DNA of 64,000 nucleotides from Eledone cirrhosa (GCA_964016885.1 OZ024746.1:90582001-90646000), one strand, 5' to 3'; positions 11,341-25,100 are shown, counted from the first letter of the stretch. The notes: generated by a model from the sequence alone, not told the origin. A program made the numbers and translations.

Positions 11341-12606
11341 AACAATAAAGAGTTGGCTAAGAGAAATCTGTCAAATGTCTACCTTTTGTAAGTTTGGTTG
11401 TCAAAATATGTGTTGTGCAGTGTTTTTAATAGACATTTGTCATCTTACCATTACTGTTAGATTACATATATTCATCTGAAAAAAGCACTTTTCATGATGA
11501 AGTATTCAGATTAGTGTCAAAATATAGATTAAATAACAATTATACATCTTTTATATCAGTGCAATCTATAAATGATACTGGAAAGGACTCAATTAAAGTC
11601 CACTAGGTTTTGAAATTTGATGATGAATAAAACAGATAGATTATTGAGGTAGTTAACTCTACACAATATCAGACAGACACTGGTGGTGTTTAATCCTTAA
11701 TTTGGTTTGTATGTTTAGATGGGAGAGAGAGAGGGGGGGAGAGAGTCAAAGAGAGAGACAGAGAGAGGGGGAGAAAGAAAGAGGGAGGGAGGGAGATATA
11801 CAAAGAGAGGGAAGGAGGGAGGGAGGGAGATATACAAAGAGAGAGAGAGAGAGAGGGGGGGGGGAGATCAATGATTAAACCACCAACGATCAACACAAGC
11901 TAGTGGAAACAAAAGCAATTTCCATCTAGTTTCCACAACATTTTTCACATCTGCTTATATAGGAGTTTGGATAGAGGTGTGCAATTTCGTGGCTTTCTTT
12001 CGACTATACACAACACCAATCATTAGTAGACAGGGTGTTGTTAAGCTATAGGTCCTTCCTCTGGGTAGGGAGGACCCTAAAAGGAGAAAAGGCAAAGTGA
12101 TCTCTGGTAATATTTGAACCAGAATTTAGAAAAACAAAACTAAACTAAACAACAAAATGTTGCTTTTCTTCTGCTGACCAAAGTTTGAGATCTGTTCTGG
12201 AGTAATTTGAGGCCACTGAGTTTAAAATGACAATACTTTTTTTTATTTATGGGCTAGTCCATATTGACTCCACGCTACAAGAGATATCACACTGGTCAAG
12301 AAAATTATGCTTTTTTCTTCTACTGATCAAAGTTTGAGACCTGTTCTTTGAACCAAAGAACGATGGAGAAGATTGGTACTTTTGTCTCACAAAGACTTCT
12401 GGTTATAGCAAGAAAACTCAACAGAAAATAAGTTATCCAAATCTGAATTCAGCAATTCATCTCTCAAAATTAGCTAAAAACAACAAAACTTAAGTCACCA
12501 AAAAGTCTGTTGACTAGTGTTATGTCTGAGTCCATCATTTCTCAAATAAAACATGTAAAAAAAAAAATAAATAAAACAAAAACGTTTTTGGTTCTAATTA
12601 TGATTA

Positions 12607-12790
12607 TTAATTGTTTCTACTTTTGGCACAAGGCCAGCAATTATCCCAGTGTAATACTGGAACTTTATTTTATCGACCCTGTAAGGATGAAAGGCAAATC
12701 CCGCCGAGGTTAACTTTGCCTTTCATCCTTACGGGGTCGATAAAATAAAGTACCAGTAATGCACTGGGCTGATTTAATCAACTTTCCCTT
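12607..12790. mobile_element. two SINE B 3' halves fused head-to-head (inverted)
   Basis: Minus copy 12607-12698 directly abuts plus copy 12696-12790. Confidence 0.88.
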
Positions 12791-12960
12791 CAATAAATAT
12801 TGCATAAAATATATCTGCAAAAGAGTTGCTAGAAGAATTTGTATATATAAATTAGCAGAAAGATAGAGAAAAGCAGACGTTATATATAATGCACACCATG
12901 ATATAGAAATATTGATAGGAAATACTAAGTCAGACCAATACAATTACAATATTAGATATG

Positions 12961-13494
12961 TACACACATATATAGAAACACACACAGCTACACCACAAAC
13001 ACACAGCCACAGACACACTACAAACACACAGCCAGACACACAGACAGCTACAGACACACCACAAACACACAGCCACAGACACACAAACACAGCCAGACAC
13101 ACACACCCACACAAACAAACAGCCACACAAACACACACAGTCAGGCACACACAGAGACACAGCCACACAAACACACACAGCCAGACACACACATACAAAC
13201 ACAGCCACACAAAGACACAGCCAGACACACACACACACAAACAGCCATAGAAACACACAGACACAGCCAGACACACACACACAAACAAACAGCCACAGAA
13301 ACACACACAGACACAGCCAAACACACATAGACACACACATACAAACTCAGACAACCACACACACAGCACACACACAGCCACACACACACCAACACAGACA
13401 ACCACACAGACAGTCACAGATACACACACACACCAACAGCCAACACACAACCACAGACACACACATACAAACACAGCCACACACACACACATAC
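12961..13494. repeat. cryptic CA-rich low-complexity array (CACAG/CAAAC motifs)
   Basis: Seen directly. Confidence 0.95.
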
Positions 13495-13576
13495 AATGCA
13501 GTATTATCCATGTGTGGAAGACATTAACTGAACTGTCTCTATAGACAACTAGCAAATGTAACGCTGCATTGTGGGA
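13495..13576 (-). CDS. candidate 82-nt exon (SHNAALHLLVVYRDSSVNVFHTWIILH in its only fully open frame)
   Basis: Strong acceptor GTTATTGTTTTTCTTCAG| and donor ATT|GTATGT; phase-compatible with the exon at 7985-7939. Confidence 0.35.
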
Positions 13577-13888
13577 CTGAAGAAAAACAATAACCATACT
13601 ACATATTACTATAACTATAGCTATAGCTAATAACTGTTCTGACATATATAAAGAGATAAAATATTTATACCTCACAGATACAATACATACATATGAAGAA
13701 AATATATCATTGGAGGATTAGCTTGAAGGAGAGAAGCAAGTTATAACCATTGCTATATCCCAGAAGCATTGTGTTATTTACAGGTCATAGGTCATAGATT
13801 AGGTTTGCTGCGAGTTAAATCCACAAGCTGCTAGTGCTTTGTGTCTAACATGTGATTTAACAAAGAACATCATCATTATAATCATCAT

Positions 13889-13987
13889 TTAACTTTGCCT
13901 TTCATCCTCACTGGGTCGATAAAATAAAGTACCAGTAATGTACTGGTTTATTTACTGGCCTTGTGCCAAAAGTAGAAACAATTATTA
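13889..13987 (+). mobile_element. SINE family B 3' half
   Basis: Conserved block and 3' end. Confidence 0.85.
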
Positions 13988-13989
13988 TC

Positions 13990-14680
13990 ATCGTTTAACA
14001 TTCATTTTCCACACTAGCATGGGAAGGTTCGGCTGACCCTGTGGTAGAGAATCGGGTCAGAAGACTGTGTTTCGCTCACCCGGGGCTGGGTTTGGCTTGG
14101 TTTCTATAGCTGGATGTCTTTCCTAACGCCAACCACATTTACAGTGTGTGCTGGGTGCTTTTTGTCGTGACACCTACACAACCACAATATAGGACTGGGC
14201 ACATTGTGCCATGCTACTGACATGACCACTTTACAGTGTCACCTTCACACATTCATTTAACAAAGAACAAAAGAAAAAAAAAACTGTGTTAGAGAGAGAT
14301 ACAATATAAAAAGACTTTCAAAAATCACAAGTAATTTTCTGTTAGAATTTCTGAGATGAAAAATTATCATGATTCTATTCACCTCCCATGTCTTAACCCC
14401 CCCCCCCTTCATACACACCCATATAGCCACCTCTCTAATCCCCATGCACCTCTCCCCAACCCACACAGTAAAATGGTTGTATAGGTGTCACACAAAAAAG
14501 TACCCAGTCCACACTGTAAAGGTGGTTGGTATTAGGAAGGACAACCAGCCATAGTAACTAAGCCAGAAACAGTCTCTATGAACAAGACACATTCCCCTGA
14601 CCTGGCTTGTCTCACAATAGGATAATGCGTCTAACCATGCTAATGTGAAGAAATAGACTTTAAACGGTGATGATGATGAT
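13990..14680. mobile_element. two RTE 3'UTR / SINE tail fragments in opposite orientations (13990-14240 minus, 14452-14680 plus)
   Basis: GGTTGG.TTAGGAAGG.CA.CCAG block and (GAT)n tail. Confidence 0.75.
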
Positions 14681-15631
14681 ATTTCATACTGGTGTACGTA
14701 CCTGCCTTGGTTGTTGTAGGTTATAATGTTTCATCTATAGCACTACCTGACCTTCAGGTATTTCACAAGTCTGGTAATGTTATTTGAATTTTGATCAAAG
14801 TTTTTATTTAACCCTTTCACGACTATATTGTTTTTAATGAAATACACTATATTTTAATTAACTAATGAAGAATTTGGAGGATTACACTAAAATTATTAAT
14901 TTCTTCATTATTAAGATAGTATTTATAACATAACAAAATGATGGAAGATTTTAATTGGAATAGTAATACACATAAAATAGGTGCTTTTGAGTCCCAGAAC
15001 TAGAGGTTCACTAAGCAACTGAGAGTACAAGACTCCCCCTGGACAGGACACCAGTCTATTGTAGGATTAATTCTCCAGCTACTACTGGCACTCACTATTA
15101 GTTGAGTATACTGCAGCAATATAAAATAAAATGTTTTGTTCAAGAACACAACACAGCAGGGATTGAACCGACGACATTATGGTCCTACATCAAACAACCT
15201 AATCGTTAGGACATGAACTTTCTTGTTAAAACATAGGATTCTGAAAAATGAGAGGTGCTTGAAGAAGGCTAGACGTTACAATGGTTGACACGCAGTGGCT
15301 ATAACAACCAGGAAGAGGACACCAGTCCATATATATCAATCCATGTATAACAATGAGTAATTTTCTATGTAAACAGCCCGATTTTCAACTCAGAATGTAA
15401 AATGTTCATTGTTTTTTGTTGCAATTTCAAACATATTGTGGTGATGTCTTCTCAGTATCAAAAGTTTAAAGTTCTCAAAGAACAAAAGAGAAACCCAATT
15501 TTTGCACATTCTGCCCACTTGTAGTATTGCGAAGTTCAGTTTTTGATTGAATCAAACCATTGTGATATAGATTTCAACAAAGTTTTCATAGATATTATTA
15601 TATGATTGACTGACTGATTATTATTATTAAC

Positions 15632-16186
15632 AATGGTTTCAGATTTAGGTAAAAGGACAACTTTTGGGGGGGAGGGGAAAGTCAATTAAATTGAACCCAA
15701 TGCATTGCTGGTACTTTATTTTATCAACCCCGTAAGGGTGAGAGGCAAAGCTAACCTTGGCAGGATTTGAACGCAGAATGTCGAGGGACATAACTATATG
15801 TTGCAAAACATTGTCCAATGCTCTAGAGATACTACCACTCCACCACCCTAATAATAATAATAATTGTTTCTACTTTTGGCCAAGGCCAACACATTTTTGG
15901 GGAGGAGAAAGTATATTAAATCAACCCCGGAGTATTACTGGTACTTTATTTTATCGACCCCATAAGGATGAAAAGGCAAAGTTAAACTCGGCGGGATTTG
16001 AACTCAGACCATAAAGGACCGTAACTCTGTGCTGCAAAGCATAGTGTCCGACTCTCTACCGATACTGCCAATCCACCACCCTTATTATGATAATAATAAT
16101 TATTATTTCTACTTTTGGCACAAGGCCAGCCATTAACCAGTACATTACTGGTACTTTATTTATCGACCCTGTAAGGATGAAAGGCA
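15632..16186 (-). mobile_element. cluster of three SINE B copies (15632-15847, 15861-16080, 16100-16186)
   Basis: Three consecutive reverse-complement copies of the conserved block. Confidence 0.88.
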
Positions 16187-16347
16187 ATAAGGCAATAATT
16201 ATCTATTTTCTTTACCTTTGAGATAAACAAATCATTCCCCTGGGAATAATACTGAAAAATCTAGATTCTAAACATTAAAACATCCTCTCTTCCCTCCAGA
16301 TCTCATACATTGTTCTATGTACTAGACACCTTTGATGAGTTGTAGTG

Positions 16348-16700
16348 CAGAAGGTGAGGGTGGAGAGAGAAGTGCTTCCTCCTCCCCCCCACACATTTGC
16401 TAAAAGGTAGGTGAATGTAGCGACAAAGGCCCGTGTGAATGGGCCTAGAGGCTGGCTAATTTGAGGAGAGGGATACTCTTCCCGGGTGCCCTCGAAGTGT
16501 CAGGTGTTTCAGGATTGGTGGGGTAACTAAGTCAACCTCTTTTGGGTAATATCCAATGTTGTATTTGTCTTGTTATATTGTTATTGTTCTTTATATTTAT
16601 TTACATGTATTTATGCCTGCCACCCCCCACCCACTGTCCCTGTCTATTGTATTGACCCCTATATAGTGGCTCTTGTGGCCAAAAGAATTATTATTATTAT
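16348..16700 (+). mobile_element. probable Tx1/L1-type LINE 3' end
   Basis: Degenerate KVRVEREVL...FAKR(W/*)VNVATKARVNG followed by a T-rich 3'UTR and (TTA)n; family assignment is from memory. Confidence 0.45.
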
Positions 16701-16709
16701 AAAATATAG

Positions 16710-16903
16710 GGTGGTGGATTGGCAGTATCGGTAGAGGGTCGGACGCCATGCTTTGACGCATAGAGTTACGGCCTTTTATGATCTGAGTTCAAATCCTGCA
16801 GAGGTTAACTTTGCCTTTCATCCTTACGGAGTCGATAAAAAAATAAAGTACCAGTAATACACTGGAATAATTGCTGCCCTTGTGCCAAAAGCAGAAACAA
16901 TTA
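16710..16903 (+). mobile_element. SINE family B, full length, with TSD ATTATAAAATATA
   Basis: Complete head-to-tail copy with a flanking direct repeat. Confidence 0.93.
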
Positions 16904-17207
16904 TAAAATATAAAGAAACCGATAAAGCAAGTGATAAAGGAAAATTTCTCTCAAAGACAAAGATTTGTTTTGATTAAAGAATAATAGCAGAAAAACCACC
17001 CTTCGGCTCATACACACCTCCCTTATTTTCTCACACACACCCCTTATTTTCTCATACTTACCTCCACTAATTTCCTTAAAAATATGTGCAGACATCACAG
17101 ACTTTTATCATACAGTATTATTCAAAGTTGTTTGTAACTTAATATGAAAGAATGGAAAAAACCCCAGAAAAACAATATTTAGTTAAGACACCTGATTTGT
17201 TATTTAT

Positions 17208-18051
17208 TTAACCCTTTAATGTTCAAACCAGCCAAAATTCTCTACCTCTTTCTGTTGAAACTGGCTGTAACTGGTCGCTCAAACTGATGTTAAGGTATTG
17301 TTCTCAAAATAAATACTTTCAAAATCTCATAGATTCGATATTATGTGAGATAATTATGTGAGGTAAAGCCTTTACCATGAAAATACAATAGTAAATATAG
17401 AGTAATGTGAATGTTATTTGAGATATTATGTGAGGTAAAGCTTTTACCATGAAAATATAATAGTATATATAGAGTAATGTGAATGTTATGTGAGATATTA
17501 TGTGAGGTAAAGCCTTTACCATGAAAATATAATAGTATATATAGAGTAATGTGAATGTTATGTGAGATATTATGTGAGGTAAAGCCTTTACCATGAAAAT
17601 ACAATAGTATATATAGAGTAATGTAAATGTTATGTGTGATATTATGTGAGGTAAAGCCTTTACTGTGAAAATACAATAGTATAATGTAAATGTTATGTGA
17701 GATATTTATGAGGTAAAGCCTTTACTGTGAAAATGCAATAGTATATATAGAGTAATGTAAATGTTATGTGAGGTAAAGCCTTTACCATGAAAATACAATA
17801 GTATATATTAAGTAATGTAAATGTTATGCGAGATATTATGTGAGGTAAAGCCTTTACTGTGAAAATACAGTAGTATATATAGAGTAATGTGAATGTTATG
17901 TGAGATATTATGTGAGGTAAAGCCTTTACTGTGAAAATACAGTAGTATATATAGAGTAATGTGAATGTTATGTGAGATATTATGTGAGGTAAAGCCTTTA
18001 CCATGAAAATACAATAGTATATATAGAGTAATGTGAATGCTAAAGGGTTAA
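17208..18051 (-). mobile_element. piggyBac-type MITE (family C) with internal 72-bp tandem amplification
   Basis: TTAA|CCCTTTA...TAAAGGG|TTAA ends; about 10 copies of a 72-bp unit at ~17345-18040. Confidence 0.9.
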
Positions 18052-19221
18052 TACCCCAGGATCTTTTGCAACACACTATCGTGTAGGTGTATATGTGTGT
18101 GCGTGTGTATATGTGTATATTTATATGTATGAGTATATAAATATGAACGGGCAAACTCAAAGACACTTACAAAAATACACGCTCACACACATACATTCAC
18201 AAACACACATATACTCACACACAGACATACATTTACAAAAACACATACATAAATTTGTTGGATTTTCACCCCAAAACTGGATACCAACCCGGAGTACACC
18301 TGATCTTCCACCAGGAAATCTTTCGTATCATTGACATTTTCTTTGCTTCTTATATACACATTCATTCCCACACAGAGTAGCAAATGGAACACCAGCTTCT
18401 GTTTTGCTAGTTTTTTCACCATTCCCTTCCTTCCTTTTACACACATACATTCACACAAACACACATATACATCCATCCACACTCACACACACACACACAC
18501 ACACAGTGTGACAGGTGGAAGTCGCTCAAATATATAAATCGATTTCAAAGAATGAAATGGAAAAATATAATTTAAAAAATGTTTTTTACTCGTGTTTATT
18601 TCTTTAATAAAGGAATTATCCAATCCCCCCAAAAGTAAAATATCTAATAAATCAAAATATTTGTGTATGTTATTACATACTATATAATTGGTTATTGTAT
18701 ATGTGCTTTCATGCATATCCACTAGAGAGGAGAATGACATTGAATGCTGTATGTAAAATGTCTTTAATTGAAATTTGCTTCTAGGAAGAAAATAAAGAGA
18801 AACTTAGCAGCAATTGATAGCAACTCTCAAAGAAAAGGGTAGATAATTATAATTTAGGAAGTATGATTTGCATAATTTATGTATAGATTTAAATTAAATA
18901 AGGGAAGATCTACACAATGCTAGACACAAAACAATTCTTAATAGAAAGCATAATTTGCATAATTCAAAAAATAAAAAGAGCTAAGGCAGATAATTAAAAT
19001 ATACCAAGGAATTAATTTAGATTTAGTCAAGGGAAGATCTTAATGATGTCCACAAAACAATTCTCAACTGGAATTTCCCTCTTAGCTAGAGAAATAAAGC
19101 AACTCTTTGATAAATTAAGAATTTTTTGCACATGGCATTCAGTTAATCATTCCTTAATGCCTTCGATACTACCTGAAACCTGGGTTTATCATACAAAAAT
19201 GTAAATTCTAAAGTGTTTTTA

Positions 19222-19560
19222 TAGTAGAACCTCAGTTCACAAACTTAATTTGTTCCTAAAGGCTGTTCGTCACTTGAAATATTTGTAAACCAAAACTATT
19301 TATCCCATATGAAATGTTGAGAGAGAAATACAGTGAGAGACAGAGAGAGACTGTGTGTGAAAGACAGATAGATATCACCATAGTAACTAACTACACAGCA
19401 AGCAATGCTTTTCTGGTGATATTCCAAGTTTCTTGCCGACCGTTGTTGCCAGCTTGTGTGTTTGTTACTCGAGGCATTATTCATGAATTGAGATATTCAT
19501 TTAGTAATAGTTACACTGCACCCACCCCCCGGTGGAGCCAGTGTAACTATTACTAAATGA
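19222..19560 (+). mobile_element. pogo/Tc1-type MITE (family D), partial
   Basis: Reverse-complement homolog of 26354-26684 (shared ATTTATCCCATATGAAATGTTGAGAGAGAAATACAGTGAGAGA). Confidence 0.75.
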
Positions 19561-20270
19561 ACATTTTTGTAGAGTGGAGGGAGTAATTCATTGTGTCATT
19601 AATGGAGTAATAAAAGTAATAAATATGATTCTTTTCACTAAATTCTGAACATAGTAAATAATTTGGACAAACATAAAATAGTTTGATGTGCGCCATCGTT
19701 TTTTCAGTAAGTAAATAAAGAGATAAATCATGTATAGAAGAGATATTTAAAAGATATTATCTGTTAATTAATTTATTGTAGTTATTAGGAAGACTGAAAA
19801 ACAATACAAACATAAACTCATTAATGCATAAGCTAGCTCATTAGCCCTAGTGTTTCGTTATCATTTTAATCTTAATTTTGTCTGACCAGATAGCAACACA
19901 CCCAGTACAATGTATTTGTAAAATTGTTATTGAGAGACATGCCACAGATACCTGAATGTGGGGTTGTTGTGAAGGAATGTTTTGTCGCTAAATTAAAATA
20001 TCAAGTGACTAACTACGTAAAAAGAAGTCGTACTCACTTTCATATTAAACCTGACAGTTTTACACTCTTTTTGACACAACTACATAGAAATACAACTACG
20101 CATAAACCTACTTTGAGAAATCACAGGTACCACATTTGGCCAAGAGGGTGAAACAACAACTACAACAACAAATATATTAGATTCATTAACAACTCTATCT
20201 ACAACAATCTCTCCATGACAAACTACAAAATACATAAACTGAGGGTGTAAAACACACTATACATCATTAT

Positions 20271-20457
20271 AGGATTGGCAGTATCAGTAGAGTGTCAGAC
20301 ACCATGTTTTGCAACATATAGTTATGGGCCTTTATGTTCTGAGTTCAAATCCTGCCAAGGTTAGCTTTGCCTTTCATCCTTATGGGGTTGATAAAATAAA
20401 GCACCAGTAATGCACTGGGGTAATTGCTGGCCTTGTGTCAAAAGTAGAAACAATTAT
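20271..20457 (+). mobile_element. SINE family B
   Basis: Head, B-box, conserved block, tail. Confidence 0.9.
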
Positions 20458-21368
20458 TGGCTTTACATCTACCACACCCATAGACTAGCTACACAATGAC
20501 ACAGATATATTAAAAATAAAAGACCACTTGGATTGAGAGAAGGAGGATGTTTATTGCTGCAGCAAGTTTCACCCCTTTACCCACATACAATCCCAGATGC
20601 TACATGGAAATAAATGCAATATTAATAACCATGATGAAAAACGAATTCTAGCTTCAAAAAAGGAAAACATTTTGTTCTAGCATGTTAATTCCACTTAGTA
20701 TTTTGCACGTGAAAAATCATCAGCAATTAAATATGCAAAATGGTAGAAAATATAGAGATATCTTAGCTAACTTAAACCTTAGGTTAGTTCAGTTCTGACA
20801 ATTTAATCCTCGTCGTCAGTACCTACTTATATATGACAGAAGAAGAATAAATCTGGCAGTTTATATTAATCATCATTTCGTATAAGTTTTGTCATGCTGG
20901 CATGAGTTAGACATATTAGATCTTGCCAACAATATTAAACAGAGAGTAAGCAGTAAAGAGGTTAAAAGGTCACAGTACAGATATAGTGAGTTAATATAAC
21001 TGAAAATAAACCAGTCATCACCTAAAAAGTTAATGTAGTTCTCTTAAATTATGAAGTAAAAAAAAAAAGGAAGCATTAAAATAAATAAAATTAAGGTGAT
21101 AATGGACCATCATTTCATCATCATCATTTAACATCAATTCTTCCATGCTTGCATTGATTAGTCGGGTTGCCCATGCTGGGAGGCAAGTCAGGCCATGTAG
21201 CACCTTGCTCCGGAGAGGACTGTAAATTTGGCCAGGTATTTGTCACAGCTGTTGAAACGGCCAGAGCTCAGCTGTTGGGGTCCTGAATCTTTTCATATTA
21301 CCCATTCTACTACGCTAAGTATCGAGTACCCTGGTGGGTTACTGTCTACCTGGTTTTACCATACCCTA

Positions 21369-21429
<61 letters not shown>

Positions 21430-21435
21430 TATATA

Positions 21436-21770
21436 TCATCATTTCATTTTACGTCCGCTTTTTCCCTGCTTGCAAGGGTGGGACGGGAACTGATTCTGGA
21501 TTGATTTCTACAGCTGGATGCCCTTCCTAACACCAACCTCATTTACAGTGAGTGCTGGGTGCTTTTTTGCCATGGCACCTCCACGTCCACTTTGCAGTGG
21601 AATGATGGGGACCCCAGTCCCTATCATCTCATTTCTACAGCTGAGTAAACTGGAGCAATGTGAAATAAAGTGTCTTGCTCAAGGAAACAACACATTACCC
21701 GGTATGAGAATTGAACTCTCAACCTTTCGATTGCAAGGCCAATGCTCTAACCACTAAGCCATGTGCCTCC
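21436..21770 (-). mobile_element. SINE family A
   Basis: Reverse complement of 3280-3628; its 5' end plus flank is locally duplicated at 21790-21840. Confidence 0.92.
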
Positions 21771-22578
21771 ATATATATATCAAAGTGAACTAAGCCATGT
21801 GCCTCCATATATATATATATATATATATATCAAAGTGAACTATTTTTTTAAGTGCTATTAAGTTAAGTGTCAATGAACAAATTTTTTAATCAGTACAAGA
21901 ATGCCATTGGTTTTTATATAGCTGAATTGTATGAAATGGTGGGTGAAAAAAATGTTGCAAATCAGTAGTGGAGAATACATAAATAAAAGTTAACTAAGAA
22001 GAAAAATTTTAAGAGAAAGTGATTTGACAATATGACATGGGTGTTTTAAAAGATGCTGGAATGTAGTGGATGATCAAAGATGAGAAAAAGATAAAATAAA
22101 CATTTAAAATATAGACACCAACATTTATTTTCATACAATAGTTGAACATTTTCTCAATCCCTGTCAATCTAAAATCACAATGTGCAAAATGTTAAGAGCC
22201 AAATCTCTACTGATGTAAGTTTAAAAAAAAAATACTGTCATTATAATTCTATAAAGCTCTCTTAACTGAACAGTTTTTGTCATGTTCCATAACTTAATAG
22301 GTCCCAGAAAAATTCCAATATCTTAAAATTATAGAATATAGAATAAGAAAGATATTTAAAAATCCCAAAGCAAAATAGATTTAGATTTTTTAAACAAACA
22401 TTTTTCTGAATGAAGTCCTAATGTAGAAGGAGAGAAACTGATGTGTTCACTGCATTGAGAAACAAGTATTCTCAATAGAATTTTTCATATCAATTCAGTG
22501 AAAAGAAAATGCTTCTTTATTTACAGAGAGAAATACAAACACACACACACATGTATATATATTGTGTGTGTCTCTGTG

Positions 22579-22651
<73 letters not shown>

Positions 22652-22764
22652 CATATATATATACACACACATTCAACTACACCTTTCAGTTTTTATATTT
22701 GAAAACAAATTTCTTTATATATCTATATATATAAAAAAAGAGATGTTTATTGGTTGGTTGAATA

Positions 22765-22921
22765 ATACCTCACATAATATCGAATCTATGAGATTTTGAT
22801 GTTATTTATTTTGAGAACAATACCTTAACATAGATATGAGTGGCTGATTATGGCTGGTTTGAACAGAAAGAAGTGAGAGAATTCTGGCTGGTTACGGCCG
22901 GTTTAAATGACAAAGAGTTAA
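22765..22921 (+). mobile_element. piggyBac-type MITE family C, right part
   Basis: Matches 27760-27904. Confidence 0.8.
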
Positions 22922-23437
22922 CTGCTTTATAAATAGATTCCAGGGTTCAAGATTGAAATGAAAGGGAAAAGGAGTGAACATATTGCTTATTTTGATTCTG
23001 GCTATAGTCCTTAGTCCTATACAAACTTCCCAGCTCTCCATGAACCAGTTATCCACATCAAGTTATTTCATTGTCTATTTAGGCTAGAGAATAGAGCATT
23101 CAGTTGGGAATGCTTTTTCGGTCTTGTCTGCAAGGCCCCTTTACCGTAATGCCCTAGGACCAGGGCCCAATCTCCCCCCCTCCCCATTCTTCGGTGACAA
23201 TAGCGTTCTTGCCATTCCCTCACATAGTCACTTTGTCTGTAATCTCTCTTCACACACTCTCTCTTTCTTTCTCTCTTTGTCTATATATATATAGTGGTGG
23301 TGGTGGCGATATACCGGAAGTATTGAAATTTGAATCTTTTAAAAGAAGTGAAATAAGCAACACAATGATCCATGTTTAATCATGTGTTACGAAATGTAGT
23401 ACATAAATTATGTATTCATTCATTATTTATTCAAAGT

Positions 23438-23551
23438 AGTTCAAATCCCGCCAAGGTTGACTTTGCCTTTCATCCTTACGGGGTCGATAAAATAAAGTAC
23501 CAGTAATGTACTGGGTAATTGCTGGCCCTGTGCCAAAAGTAGAAACAATTA
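23438..23551 (+). mobile_element. SINE family B, 5'-truncated, 17-bp TSD
   Basis: ATTATTTATTCAAAGTA at 23422-23438 and 23548-23564. Confidence 0.92.
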
Positions 23552-24397
23552 TTTATTCAAAGTAATCCAACTTATTTTACTAATGAGATTAAAAGATATA
23601 TTCTGGATGCAGTCCCGCACTCCTCTCTTTATTATAGTTTAGATTGTACAGTTGTGAATTGCTTACTTAGGCTAAAGAACATAGCATTAGGTTATAGATG
23701 AGTAGACTGACAGGCAGATTTATATATATGAGTAGGTAAATAAATTGATAGATAAATAAGTAGAAATAGGTAGATTTGGTTTGAATACTATTTATTTTCT
23801 TAACTATATCAATCTAATTAACATAGATAGTAATGAACATTTGTAATTAATGCAGGCTGCTAGAAGCATTTTCTGACTAATACTAACATAAGTAATATAT
23901 TCAACTAGTCACCTGCTCAGGGCTAACGGTATTAATATAATCTATAATGACATTCTTTAGTCAGAAATATATAATAATTATCTTGCACCTATTAATAAAC
24001 TGAAAACTATAAAATATGATTAATCTGTAAATATAAAAACACTGAGCTTGTTATAGAAAGTGTAAAGTAAACCTATTGATTTCCAATAGGTTTCTAAAGA
24101 GAATCAATTCAACAAAACAGTATGTGAATAACCTTGCAGTAATGCAAGTCCCAACTGAGTCCCAGCCTGTCCAGCCATGTACAATTCCCCTTTGCACAAC
24201 AATAATACACTATTGTACATAACATAAGAGAAAATTAACTAGGACATTTATTTAGAAACTAAAATATTGTCACATTTCAGAGGAGTGCATTTGAAATAAA
24301 GTGTGTGTGTGTATGCATATATATATATATATATATCATCCAAACCTATGCTAGCGTGGAAGATGGACGTTAAACAATGATGATGATGATGAGGATA

Positions 24398-24768
24398 TCA
24401 TCATCATCATTTTACGTCTGCTTTTCCCTGCTTGCAAGGGTGGGATGGGAACTGATTCTGGCTTGATTTCTACAGCTGGATGCCCTTCCTAACACCAACC
24501 TCATTTACAGTTAGTGCTGGGTGCTTTTTATTCCGTGGCGCCTACACGTCCACTTTACAGTTTGGGCTGGGTGCTTTTTTGCCGTGACACCTCCACAACC
24601 ACTTTGCAGTGGAATGATAGGGACTGGGGTCCCTATCATCTCATTTATACATCTGAGTAAACTGGAGCAATGTGAAATAAAGTGTCTTGCTCAAGAAAAC
24701 AACACATCACCCGGTCTGAGAATTGAACACACAACCTTTCGATTGCAAGGCCACTAACCCATGTGCCT

Positions 24769-24770
<2 letters not shown>
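24398..24770 (-). mobile_element. SINE family A (two-module form)
   Basis: Reverse complement of family A; a separate plus-strand tail fragment follows at 24823-25028. Confidence 0.9.
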
Positions 24771-24822
<52 letters not shown>

Positions 24823-25100
24823 GAAGTGTAGGCGCCACAGTAAAAACGCACCCAGTGTAAATTAGGTTGGTGTTAGGAAGGGCATCCAGCTGTAGAAATC
24901 AAGCCAGAATCAGTTCTGCATAAGCAAGACATGGTCACCCGACTTGGCAGTGCCTACAACAGGACAACCTGTCTAACCCATGCCAGTGTGGAAGAATGGA
25001 TGTAAAACGGTGATGATGATGATGATGATATATATAGTGGTAGAACACTGGAAGGTAATATCCGTAGTGGTAGAGCACTCAATCCATGGGACGAGTTAGG

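Noticed and set aside
17319-18166. 24-aa repeat ORFs
   Set aside because: Translation of the 72-bp MITE-internal repeat.
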